A DNA stretch of 64,000 nucleotides, from the NCBI GenBank assembly GCA_964252035.1, contig OZ176200.1. One strand, 5' to 3'. The notes beneath the pieces were generated by a model. That model ran no database searches. It was not told the origin of the DNA and saw only the letters and a program-made list of their open reading frames with translations. This DNA comes from Podarcis erhardii (taxonomy: Eukaryota). Of the stretch, positions 1 to 11,660 are shown piece after piece. The position numbers and the translations under genes are program-made. The number at the start of each line of letters is the position of its first letter. Within the stretch, counting starts at the first letter, position 1.

Positions 1-109
1 CCTAACCTCAGTTGTTCAGAGGTGGTAATATAAATTGGAAGTGACAGCAGTTAGGAACGGGGTCCATATATGTTAAAAGGCACCAGTCCTGACAGTTCCC
101 TTTTAGTTT

Positions 110-215
110 CTGATCCCAATTCAAAGTGCTGGTTTTCTTCTCTAAAGCTCTAAATGGTTTAGGACCCCTGTACCTAAAGGGACACCTCTACCATATGAAC
201 CTTTCCACACTCTTT
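110..215 (+). mobile_element. Degenerate L2-clade LINE fragment
   Basis: ttcaaagtgctggttttcttctctaaagctctaaatggtttaggacccctgtacctaaagg resembles the L2 segment seen at 22918-22980. Confidence 0.55.
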
Positions 216-247
216 GGTCTTCAGAGAGTGGGAGGAGCTGCTATGTG

Positions 248-490
248 AACATAGGAAGAACCAGAATCAGCCCATTGGATCTGCCTACAGCCAATCTAGT
301 CCAGCATGCTATTCTCACAGTGCCCAACCACATGCCAGTGGGAAACCTGCAAGCAGGATCTGAGCATAACAGCACTCTCACCTTCTGTGGTTTCCAGCAG
401 CTAGTAGTCAGAAGAATTACTGCCTCCAACTGTGGAGGCAGGGCCTAGTAGCCAATAGCCTTTTCCTCCATGAATTTTAATCATAAGCCA
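248..490 (-). mobile_element. CR1-type LINE 3' end
   Basis: gaacataggaagaacc...atctagtccagcatgctattctcacagtgcccaacca...; same family as 22163-22750 and (opposite strand) 14140-14270. Confidence 0.65.
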
Positions 491-3400
491 CATTTCTAGA
501 GAAAGGGATATTCACTCAAGTGCCTTGGACTGTGTGCATGCCCTCCTTTCATCTAAGGTGTGACTGAGGGTCAGAGAGGACAGGGCCCTCTTGGCAGTCA
601 GGTTATGGAATATCTGTTTCTTTGAGACTTTCTCCTAGCTACCTCCTGATATTCCTTCGGGCACCAATTGAAACCTGTATGTACATGTGTGTGTGTGTAC
701 GCAGGTATGCTTTTCAATAGCGTACCCAAAGTTTACATCTGTGGCTTTGATGGTTGCTGCCTGTTTTAAATCATTTGCTGCTGCTGCTCACTACTCTTGC
801 ATTTTGTCTTTTGTCCACTGCACTGGGGTTGCCTGTTTGCTTTTCAGCATTTTAACTGATGTTGTTAGCTGCCTTGTGGCCTCCAATGTGGAGCTGAAAA
901 GCGGGACAGAAATACTGTAAGCCAATAAATAAATAAATAGATGATGTGGAGAACTTGCAGTAGAAGTATGCTATAGAAATAATCAAACCAAATAATATGA
1001 GGGTTCCAACATACTTTTAATTTAGTGCAGCATCATTCATTGTCAAAGAATGATGTAACTAATTAAAAGGGTAAGACTACAGATAGATCATGTGTGCATA
1101 TGAATACACACATGCACATTCCATGGCTGACTCATGTCTACAGATTCCAGAAAACTCCATTAATGAGTACAAAGAAAGGAAAATCAGATGCTCCCTTAGC
1201 GAGCCAGGTAATTTCTCTTCCGTGGAAAACAAATTAAATTTCTTTCTCAAAGAAGTGTCTCACAAATCACCAGTGTTTATTGGTTTGATAGTTTTGGCTA
1301 TCTGGCATTGTTCGCAACATACTTTGCGACTTCTGATTTATGCCTGTCAGAAATACACTGCATTTGCATTTTAGATATCGTCATTATTATTAACATGTTG
1401 TCAGTAGCTGAAAAAGTTCCAAAATTAAGTATCTTCTGGAATAAAGCTTTCTATTGCTGTTGTCAATATGCAACTAGTAAATGGCTCTTGCATTCTACAA
1501 AAGCTGATACATCTTCTTAGCTGCTGGCAGTGCCTCATCCTGAAATAGCTGGAGAGAGTAAGTCTGACACAGGGGACTGATGCTGCCATTTGCATCTGAG
1601 AAGACCTGACTGAGATAAATGTTGGAACAGCTACCTTCTATCTTCTCTGGGTCCACGTACATCACTATGCCCTCAGGGAAGGCAGAAGACAAAAAGCCTA
1701 AGTCAGGGACTTCATGTCCTCAGCTCCTGAGAAAACAGTGTTTCTAAATATTTGGTAATGTTTCTTCTTTTTAGTATATTTTGTAAAATGCCTCAGGGAT
1801 CTTGGCAACATGGTGGCATATGCTTGCAATCAATCAATCAATCAATAGCTAACTCCCATAGTATTATGTCCTGCATGAAGCTTGACTTCTTCTGGATTGG
1901 ATGATTGGCCTGTATTAAAATTTCAGCTTCACATCCCTCCTTCAGAATTTTATAATTATATTGTTTATATACAGCCCCAATATTCTGAATGATCTGAAAA
2001 TACCATAACCATTTGGAGGTACACTTATGTCTAAAGAGAGGGCATAACTATTCTTTAAAAGTTTTCTCATATTCAAGGTGTCTTGGACTGTGTGTTTGTG
2101 TGTATGTGTCTGAAATTTCATATCTGTGGTGTAGAAATACCTTCTATACATTTTAATCCCCATTCTCTTTTCAAAGTACACACAGTATGTCTCCCCTTTT
2201 AGCTTTTCTCCTAATCTCTACATTTCTCTCTCTCTCTAGAAGTGAGGCCTGGAAAATCCAATCAGAAATTGGTTAGCTTTATTTGGCATGAGGTGTAGCT
2301 CCCAAACCTTCATCAAGGAAAATTCACCTCAACCAATCAATCTTTCTAAGTTCACAGAAAGCAGGCTGCAGTAGTAGTCTAGACCCAAGCGGTCTCAAAG
2401 GCAGACTTCATGTGTTTCCAGGCCTGAATGTGAAGGAATACATAATGCCTTAGAATTTTCCATTCTGCTACAGACCCGCTGGCTGGCTGCTTCTGGCCCC
2501 AGTTCAAAGTGCTGATGCTGACTTTGAAAAACCGGAATACTCTAAAGCCTGCACGCCTAACCTGATGCCCTCTAATGCTTTGGGCTGCCATCATGTCTGA
2601 CCATTGGTAATGATGCCTGGGGCTGATGGGAACTGTAGTCCAAAACATCCAGATTGTAGAAGGCTGCCTTAGGGGGTCCATCCTCCCATATTTCCCATTC
2701 CCTCCATTTACGATGATGTTCTGCTCTTATTTCTCAAATGTTAGCCTGTAAGGGTGCAAAGCTAGGCTTTCTATGTGACTTCCTTTGTAGATTCATCTGA
2801 CCTTCACGTTGAGCATTTTTGGACTGTCAGGTGAAGTTCTGGCCTTTTCAAAGGCTTTCTTTGCTTACTAACTTGCAGCCAGCTGATCGTGGCTATTCTA
2901 ACTTGTATATTTTTATGTTGTTGCTCTGCCTGTGTTTTATTGATTGTTTTAATGATGACTGAAGCTTTATTGATGCTCCTTCAGGAATTACAGGCAATGC
3001 GTGGTTTTGGGTGACATCCAAGGATCCTGTCTACCAGCAGAATGGACTTCTGCTCATGCTGTGGGAATTGTTTTTCCTCTCGTTCCCCTGTCCAGCCCTC
3101 ATCAGGAGGGCTGAGGGACCCTCAAAACAGAAGGGGATTAGGGGGATGGTACAATGTGGGGGAGAGGAATGGGAACTCTTGTTATGTGTACAGAAGTCAG
3201 TTCACATGGCATTGAACAAACCCATTGTTTGTTCACTGCACCACATGCTATTCACCCCCCCCCCCAAATTTAAGAATTCAACCTATAGGTGCTGAAACAA
3301 AATAAACAAAACCTTTAAGATACTGGAGGGGGGGGAGGGAGAAGATACCTACGCTCACCAGAATTCCAGATATCTTCATAATACCTAAATTTGAGTGCAG

Positions 3401-4189
3401 CATATCATATCATATCAGCATATCATTCTCTATATTTATTGTATGGGAGCTCTTAACCTTCTTTTTCTTTTTCTTTTTTTGCATCCTGGGACTGCCCAAA
3501 CATACTTGCTTTGGTACACTTTTGTGGCTTGTTATTTTCCTGCTTCCCCTATAGATGCCAAATCCTTATTTCACTCACTTCCATGAGCTCCAGTGAAAGT
3601 ACACAACTGCCCTTAGGAAAAATGTCCAATTTTATCATTTTACAGTATATTTTTTCTCCCTTCTCTCTCTCCATCAACTATTTTTAAATGTAACTCTTGT
3701 GTTCAACTACTGCAAACATTTTCAGCATGCACAAATCCAGGAAGATACGAGCTTCAAACAGATATTTCTGATTTCTATATGCAGTCATCTATCACAGAGC
3801 GGCTGTACATAAGACTTCCCTCACCCCCTCCAACAGTTCATGTTCTACTGATATTGCAATTCCAGAGAGGCTTTGAAAACCTCAAGTAGGTATTGATTGG
3901 TTTAAATTTCAAAAAAATAAAAATAAATCCTATATTCTTCAGAGGCCACTGTAGGATACAAAAAGTCAAGAAAATTTGCACTGCCAAAAAAAGAGATGTG
4001 AGTAAATCTACTGAAGATGATTTACATTATTTTATTTTTTTAAAAAGGGCAAAGATGTTTTAGATCACTCATCAGTCCTATATATTGGTTGGTTAATAAA
4101 AATATTTAGGCAATCAGCATAGTAACAAACGAAATTGTTTGCTCGATGTTGTTCTTTGATAGAGAGGAACATGAAGACTGGATTTTGAG

Positions 4190-4800
4190 GAGAGCAGCCC
4201 ATAAGCAGGGAGCCATCGCAGAAAAGGCCGCCTTCTGAACTTCTCACAAAGGAGGCACACAAAGAAGGGCATCTGATGATGATTGCAGGGTCTAGGTCAT
4301 TCCTTATGGGGAGAGGCAGTCCTTGAGATATTGCGATCCTGAGCTATTTAAGGCTTCATACCTTAAAACCAGCACTTTGAATTGAGTCCAGAAACTCATT
4401 GCAGCCTGTGCATTTGGGCCACGGTTGGTGTTATATGCTCAAACCGCCTTGCCCTGGTGAGCAACTTGGACACTGAATTCTGCACCAGCTGAAGTTTCTG
4501 AAACACCTGCAGAGGCAGCCCTATGCATAACAAACTGCAGTAGTATAACCTAAAGCAGGCTTGCCCAACTCCCAAGAGACTGCGATTTACTCCCATTATA
4601 AAAAAAAACTGGCAGTGATCTATCTTTTGGATTGACCAGAGTTGTTGAGCTTTTTGGGGGGAGCCTGACCTAGAGGTTACCAGAGCATAGACTGCAGAAG
4701 TTAGGCTATCCCTGTCCAGATAGGGACACCAGCTGAAGCTGATGGAAGGTCCTCTGCACTACTGAGGCCACCTGAGCCTCAGGTGACAGTATTCACTTCC
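4190..4800 (-). mobile_element. L2-clade LINE, degenerate ORF2 C-terminal region
   Basis: Minus ORF 4396-4596 reads RLYYCSLLCIGLPLQVFQKLQLVQNSVSKLLTRARRFEHITP, matching the L2 motif RLDYCN..GLP..KLQLVQNAAARLLT..HITP. Confidence 0.8.
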
Positions 4801-6149
4801 TGAAGCATTGATTAGAAATAGATGTAGAGAAAACTCACAACACACCTTCAGATGAGCTACAAGAAGTGCTGCCTATCAGTAGGCTAGTGACTTGTTCAAT
4901 CAAGGGGCAGCAATTTTTTGCAACACCCAAAGGAAACTCCCAGAGGGAGAGGGGTGCTCAGGTTGTTTCCACACTGGAAACTTGGGGTGTCCTGCATACT
5001 GTTGGCTGTCGCAAATATATGCCACTCCCACCCATGTGAGACTGGGGCAAAGCTTTTTGTAACATCCAGACCCACTTTAGAAAACATAACTTTCTATACA
5101 TAAACTATTTGTATTGTTGAGAGGTCAGCATCCCTGCTGCTGCTGAATTCCTGGCAATTTGCATACCATTAAAGCATTAGCCATAATGTTTGGAAAATTT
5201 AATTTTAAAGCTGTGCTGTTAAAAGATGTTTGCTGAATTGTAAGCATCTATGACAGCTGGGAAATTTGTTAACACTCTGATAGTTACACTATTTGTGCCT
5301 TAGTCTGGAAGGCAGTAAACAAAATCCCTTTTCACTTTACAACAATGAAGGAGATTTTAATGCAAGAGGAGGTGTTTAAAGACAACAACAATTTTTATCA
5401 CAGCAATGCAGTGATGAAGGCAGCATGTCTTTTTATTTTCAATATTTCCTATCCATTAAGTTATCACTTTTATGCATTTATTTGCTTATTTTTGGCTCGG
5501 GGGTGCAGTTTTGTGTGTGTTAATACATGAAAGAAGGGAAGCACACAATTCTGATATAATTCAAAAAACCATTTTCCTTATTGAATTGTTTTTCTTACTA
5601 TTCCTCGACCTATCATGTGTGAGTCTAGGTCACCTCCGTGTTATTGCCCTTCTACAATATTCCATCACTTCAGTATATAGTCGTGTACAAAACGAGGAAA
5701 CAAGAATGAAAGGTGTATAATGAGAAGAAATAGAAGCTTGTTTCTCTTATCTGCCCAGATTACTGCCCATGTCAATGATAAGATTCATAATGGTGGAAAT
5801 GGCTCAGGATGCTTCCAGACTGTAGGATTCACACACCAACAAATCCAGGTGCGAAACTAAAGGTAAGTGAAGCAAACCTTCCCCCCCCCCCCCCCGCCCA
5901 AAAATGGACTTCTTGTGATGAGCAAAGTGAGAGGGAAATGCACTGGAAAGTATGGGATAACACTTTCTTAATGCAATGTTGTGTAACTTCCCAGCAATAA
6001 GAACAGAAAGAATGATGAATAAACAGCCAGCTTCATCTAACCTCCACACAAACACTGTGGAAACAAATCATGATGAATGCTCCGTAAATGTGTCTGAAAG
6101 CAACAGTCTGTAGCACTATTTGGGCATTTGACTCAGTTAAGGACAACAT

Positions 6150-6520
6150 AGGGACGCAGGTGACGCTGTGGTCTAAACCATCGAGCCTCTTGGGCTTGCC
6201 GATCAGAAAGTCGGTGGTACGAATCCCCACGATGGGGTGAGCTCCCTTTGCTCGGTCCCTGCTCCTGCCAACCTAGTAGTTTGAAAGCATGTCAAAGTGC
6301 AAGTAGATAAATAGGTACCGCTCTGGTGGGAAGGTAAATAGTGTTTTCCGTGCACTGCACTGCCAGAAGCGGCTGAGTCATGCTGGCCACATGACCCAGA
6401 GAAACAGTCTGTGGACAAATGCCGGCTCCCTCGGCCTGTAAAGCGAGATGAGCGCCGCAACCCCAGTCGTCTGCGACTGGACTTAACTGTCAGGGGTCCT
6501 TTACCATTTTTTTTTTTTTA
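6150..6520 (+). mobile_element. Full-length Sauria SINE
   Basis: tRNA-like head gggacgcaggtgacgctgtggtctaaacc, conserved body, tail caggggtcctttacc. 11-bp target-site duplication (TSD) aaggacaacat at 6139-6149 and 6521-6531. Confidence 0.93.
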
Positions 6521-8957
6521 AAGGACAACATGGGTATGGGAAATGGAGTAACCCCTCTCTCCGCCATTGACACCTAGCCATACAATGGAAACGCCTGAAT
6601 GGAGAGAGGGAGACTTCAAGTGTAGAGACTTCCACACAATCTGGGATCCAGTGAAGCCTGTCCAAGAGAAGGCTCCCTTCAGAGATCTGCACTGCTTATT
6701 GGGACACCAGGGCTGTACTTGCTGAAGACCTGCTTTCATGTTCCCTTTAATAATGACTAGAAAGCCCAAAGGCAGCTTCTGTGAAACCACCCCCTGGCTA
6801 ATGGAGGAACGGAAGGAACAAGGTAGGAACAACAAGAATCGCTTTACATATGAATAACAACAATTTAGTTATCAAAACAGTAGCGAACAAGCATGACTTT
6901 ATACCGTTCTTTTCAAAAAATTTAGCCTCCTACGGTCCTAATAGTCTTTTTCCTGTGGTTCAGGAAAGCACAGCAACACTCTGCCCAGTGCCTGTATCCT
7001 TATTTCAAAGAGAATCATTCAAGCCGACATCTACCCTGTCAAGAATCTTGACTTTGAGCTGCTAATGTAGAATAAAAATCAATATATATTTTGATCATTT
7101 GATGAATATTTACTTCTTTCTTTAGCGCTCGGGGATTTCAAAATGAAAACTGCTGAATCAAGTCATTTTATTTTTCTGTGTTTGTGCCAACACCAATTTA
7201 CTACCCTCCAGAAAGTTCCTGAACAAGACATCCCAAGTGGCGTACTTGTTGGTTTTTCCTGTCAGTCATAACAGGGTGCCAGCAGGGAGCCATAATCATT
7301 TCCCTTTCATACTGTTAGTGCTCCAGAAAGCAGTAGCTTGATTTACTTCCCCAGAAAAAGTAAACTTGTCTTATTTAGACGTACTGTAGAATGCTAGAGT
7401 ACTTATTCCTTTCAGGGTGTGCCTGAACTGATACTATCCATTAAAAGTTAAATGCTTGGGGTTTTTTTTGTGGGGTTTTTTTGATCTCACAAGAAACAGA
7501 ATTTATAGTTGCGTTTCAACGTAAGGAATTCCTGGGAACACTAAGAAAACAAAAAGCTTTGAAAAAGGCATTTTCTGAAAAGTGACAGTCAAATTCTAGC
7601 CGACTGCTATAATAAGCCCTTAGACTTCGTAACGTTACTGAGTATGAAAGCCTGGCACTTAAGATGCAACTGTGAGTTTTATAAGAAATTTATGCTCATT
7701 TTTAATATAATGGATTTTTTTTTTAAAAAAAATGCATATCTAAAGTCTACCAAGATCCGGTGTTTCCACTTGGGTTTTGTTTTATTTTTAAACCCCCCCC
7801 CCGCCCAATATTTGAAATAGAACTAGATTGCTTTAACAAGAACTGTAAATGCAAGCAATTTTGGTCTTGCAAAATAATTTTATACTGACTCAGTAGAAGG
7901 GCTTTAAATCAAACAGCATTTCTGTTGGTTCCTTCTTATAAATTAAATAAAAGTGGCAGGAGATGACTTACAGAAGGCTGATATGTGCTAGTACAGTTAT
8001 GAGATATTATGCAAACATATGTTTTAAATAAAATAAAATATTTAGATTGCTGAATACAAAGGCAATTATGGAACGTCTTTGTTAAATTACATTTTTCATC
8101 CCCCCCCCCTTCTCTTTCTTTTGGGAGGGGACCTAGAGATGGGGAGGGGGATTGTCCTGGAAACAGAACCAACAGGAAATGATGCTATATCTAAAACAGC
8201 TGGAGACTGTAGCTAATATAAATTTACTTGAAAATAAAAATGCTTTATGCCTCTAGAGACAGGCTGTAACATGCAGTAAAATAAAAGATGAGAATATAAA
8301 CTTATTGTTAAATCCTTACTTTATGTCTGCATATTGTTCTAAGATGGTATTCACCACCAGAGAAAGAGTCTAGGGCTGGTTTTAAAACACACGCACACAA
8401 CAATTAAATACATGTAAGGAATCTGAGTGAATAAGTCCTTTGCTTACAATAAAAAAAACTGACAATTTTTTACCTCCCTTCATATAGGCCAGTCACTTTA
8501 GTCTAGCAGTGATGGTTATGTGATTCCACAGTTATTGCATTATTCTAGATAGTCCAAATCTAACGGAAACCTTCTATAGCTTCACTTTAAGTGAATTTTG
8601 ACTCAGACTTTTCCACTTTACCTAAGAGGTAAAAACAAATGAAAAGGACCTTTCTTTAAAAAAACCAATAACTAAGAATATAAATATTTATTTTTTCTTG
8701 TGCCTAATTATGTAACTTTCATTTTTTATTCAGATTCATATTTCATTGTCTCAAAGCTGAGTTCTGCTAATGGAGACTCCCTAATTATTGTTGTTTAGTA
8801 TCACAAAATTATTAATTCTTCTAGAAATCTGCAGCCACCACTCCGCATTGTCCCCTTAGCCCAGTCCCTGTGCCTGCTAAACTCTCTTCTTTTACCTTTC
8901 TTCCTCCTCTGTTGCTAATCTCCCCAGTCTTCCATTCTTCCTGACATCTACTTTCTC

Positions 8958-9275
8958 CTATGGGTAAAGGTGAAATTCAATTCTATTAGCATTTAAAACT
9001 GAATTTTTCATATTTGCACTTTCCAAAATGACATGTGAATCAAAATAAAGCCATCCTTTGAAATCTGCACTTACTCTATTTTGCAATGCAGTTATCCAAC
9101 AAATGTTTACAAAAACGCATATGTTAAGTGAAACTGTGCATAGAAATGAAGATGTTAGTGAAAACAACATTCAAAAATGCATTGCATTTGGGGAAATTGT
9201 AAAAAATGTGTATATTAGTAAAAAGTGCATATAAAATGTGTTTATTAGGAGTAATTTGTACTAAAATGCTAATGT
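8958..9275. mobile_element. Old non-autonomous DNA-transposon-like repeat
   Basis: Resembles an abundant lizard repeat I recall (gaaattcaattc...tttgcactttcc...ggggaaattg...ctaaaatgct); ends not resolved. Confidence 0.4.
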
Positions 9276-9395
9276 TCAGCTCCTCTGAACACATGATGCC
9301 CCTTCATGCCCCTCATGTGTGAAGGAGGCTAAGATAAAGTGTACATCCATGTCTTATGACAAATATGAGGGAACAGTTGCTAACAGAGTGCTGTA

Positions 9396-9570
9396 CAGTG
9401 GTACCTCCAGTTGTGAATGGGATCCGTTTCGGAGGTGCGGCCGGATCCCAAGGTTTTCACAATCTGAGGATCACTGTTATACGCATGTGCATGGCGGTAG
9501 ACTGCTTCTGCGCATGCACATGTGGTGAAACACTTCTGGGTTTGCCACTTTCACAACCTGAAGTTTACGT
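9396..9570. mobile_element. Tc1/mariner (Tigger-like) MITE, right end missing
   Basis: TA followed by terminal inverted repeat (TIR) cagtggtacctc, as in the complete copies at 32060 and 58905; abuts an RTE fragment. Confidence 0.7.
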
Positions 9571-9574
9571 TAAA

Positions 9575-10146
9575 GCAGCATTGCTTGATCAATGGTGTCT
9601 CCAAATTTTTTTACACATCACTTGTGAAGACAGGCAAAATAATGCCAGTGTACTGGAAGAAGCAAAGTTCACCAGTGTCGAAGCAATGATTCTTCAACAT
9701 CAACTTCATTGGACTGGTCATGTTGTTCGGATGCCTGATTATAGTCTTCCAAAGCAACTACTCTATTCCCAACTTAAGAATGTAAAGTGAAACACTGGTG
9801 GACAACAAAAGAGGTTTAAAGATGCTCTCAAGGCTAATCTTAAAAACTGTAGTATAAGCACGGATAACTGGGAAACACTGGCCTGCGAGTGCTCCAACTG
9901 GAGAACAGCCTGTACCAAAGGTGTCAGGACTTCGAAGAAGCACAAACTCAGGGTGAAAGGGAGAAATGAGCTAAGAGGAAGGCATGTTTGGCAAACCCTC
10001 ACCCTCGGGCAACTCCTGCCCGAAAACATATGTCCCCACTGTGGAAGGACATGCAGATCCAGAATTGGCCTCCACAGTCACTTACGGACTCACTGCTAAG
10101 ACCGTGTTCATGGAACACGGCCATGAGTGACCGCCAAAGAAAAAGA
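9575..10146 (+). mobile_element. RTE-clade LINE 3' fragment (ORF2 C-terminus, degenerate)
   Basis: Translates ...EDRQNNASVLEEAKFTSVEAMILQHQLHWTGHVVRMPDYSLPKQLLYS.. and, after frameshifts, CPHCGRTCRSRIGLHSHLRTHC, the C2H2-like end typical of RTE ORF2. Contains stops and frameshifts. Confidence 0.9.
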
Positions 10147-11488
10147 CTTCCTTATCTGAAACAAATGGGGCAACCCATGAGTAAAAGAAGTCTGTGAGCA
10201 CATAAGAGCACACATAGAACTCTCTGAATTATGATCATCTGCTATTTGCTTTGCTAATCAGTACAGCTCCGTTACTGCTTTATAAAAATGTTGATTATAA
10301 TTGATATTTATGGTTGCTTCTCCCGCATACGACAATCACAGTACGTCTTCTACCCAGTGAATAATATTTCACTCTCTGAACCCCATAGTTTACAGGACTC
10401 TCTCTAGACCACATCTCTCTACCCGACTCCATTATACACCACTCTCCTTTTGCTCTAACACAGACCTTTTGCTCTAACACAGGGTCAGTTATGCCCCTCT
10501 TTTGCTCTTTGTTCCTAGTAGCATTCTCCATTTGTTCTGTTTCATCACAGGCCTCAGGACCCCATCTCTTTGCCAAGGGTGCTGGAATCTGTAAGAAGGA
10601 AGCTGCAGTTTCCAGGATTCTCTTGTGAAAGCCATATTCATTGAACATGCTTTAAATGTATGGTGTGAATCTCCCCCACCCACCCAAAAAAAGGTCCCCT
10701 CTTTTTTCTTCCTACAAAGTCCATCCTCCCTCTGTTTCAGTGTTTCCCACCTAATCTCTGCAGCTCTTTGTGTGGGGTAGCAATAGCACAGCTTTTATTT
10801 TCTGAGCAATTTGCACATCAAGGAAGTCTCGGATGCAGATGGTGTAGTGTGGCAACACCAGTGGCAAAATCGCCACATGCCCCTGAATCTAGGGAGAAGA
10901 GGGGCAATTCTTCGGTCCTTACCACCCACATTGGTAGGTCTGATCTGTTCCTGCAAAGAGATGGAAAAAAGGGCTGCAAATGATAGGCATCTAAAATCTT
11001 CCCAGGTGACCACAAATAGTCAGAGAAGGGGAACAGTCAGAGAGGCGGCTGCAGTCAGCCCACGGGTCTTAAGTTCTGTCCCGCTCTAGAATGTAATTGT
11101 ACACTTGGCTTTGCTAAAAGGAAAACTGGCACATGGAGCCCTGTCAAAGATCAAGCTTTTTTGAATTGATAAATGACTTTGCACCCCAATCCTATATACT
11201 TTTATGTGAAAGTAAGGTCCATTGATTTTATTCTTCCCCATTAAATCTCTCACATTGCTATATATGCAGTAGAGCTCTCATCACCATCAACGCCAATGAA
11301 ATATTTAACACCCCTCTTGAAACAGCCATTGAGATGGCAACGGACCTAGATTATATTCACATGCCAGTATTATGGCCTTCACCTACTGACTGCGAAAGCT
11401 TTCACAGCCCTACTCACTAATTGAACCGACCAATTCTGCAGTGCTGCTGCATGTGATTTGTGATATTATGCCTTTAAGTGTGTTATTT

Positions 11489-11660
11489 NNNNNNNNNNNN
11501 NNNNNNNNNNNNNNNNNNNNNNNNNNNNNNNNNNNNNNNNNNNNNNNNNNNNNNNNNNNNNNNNNNNNNNNNNNNNNNNNNNNNNNNNNNNNNNNNNNNN
11601 NNNNNNNNNNNNNNNNNNNNNNNNNNNNNNNNNNNNNNNNNNNNNNNNNNNNNNNNNNNN
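11489..11660. other. Assembly gap (N run)
   Basis: 172 N. Confidence 1.

Noticed and set aside
1495-1692. Protein-looking minus ORF (FPEGIVMYVDPEKIEGSCS...)
   Set aside because: No match to AKAP6 or any family I recognise, no convincing splice pair, and the length is within chance.
10446-10482. 18-19 bp tandem duplication ccttttgctctaacacag, and similar small duplications near 21763-21812
   Set aside because: Ordinary local slippage or repair events.
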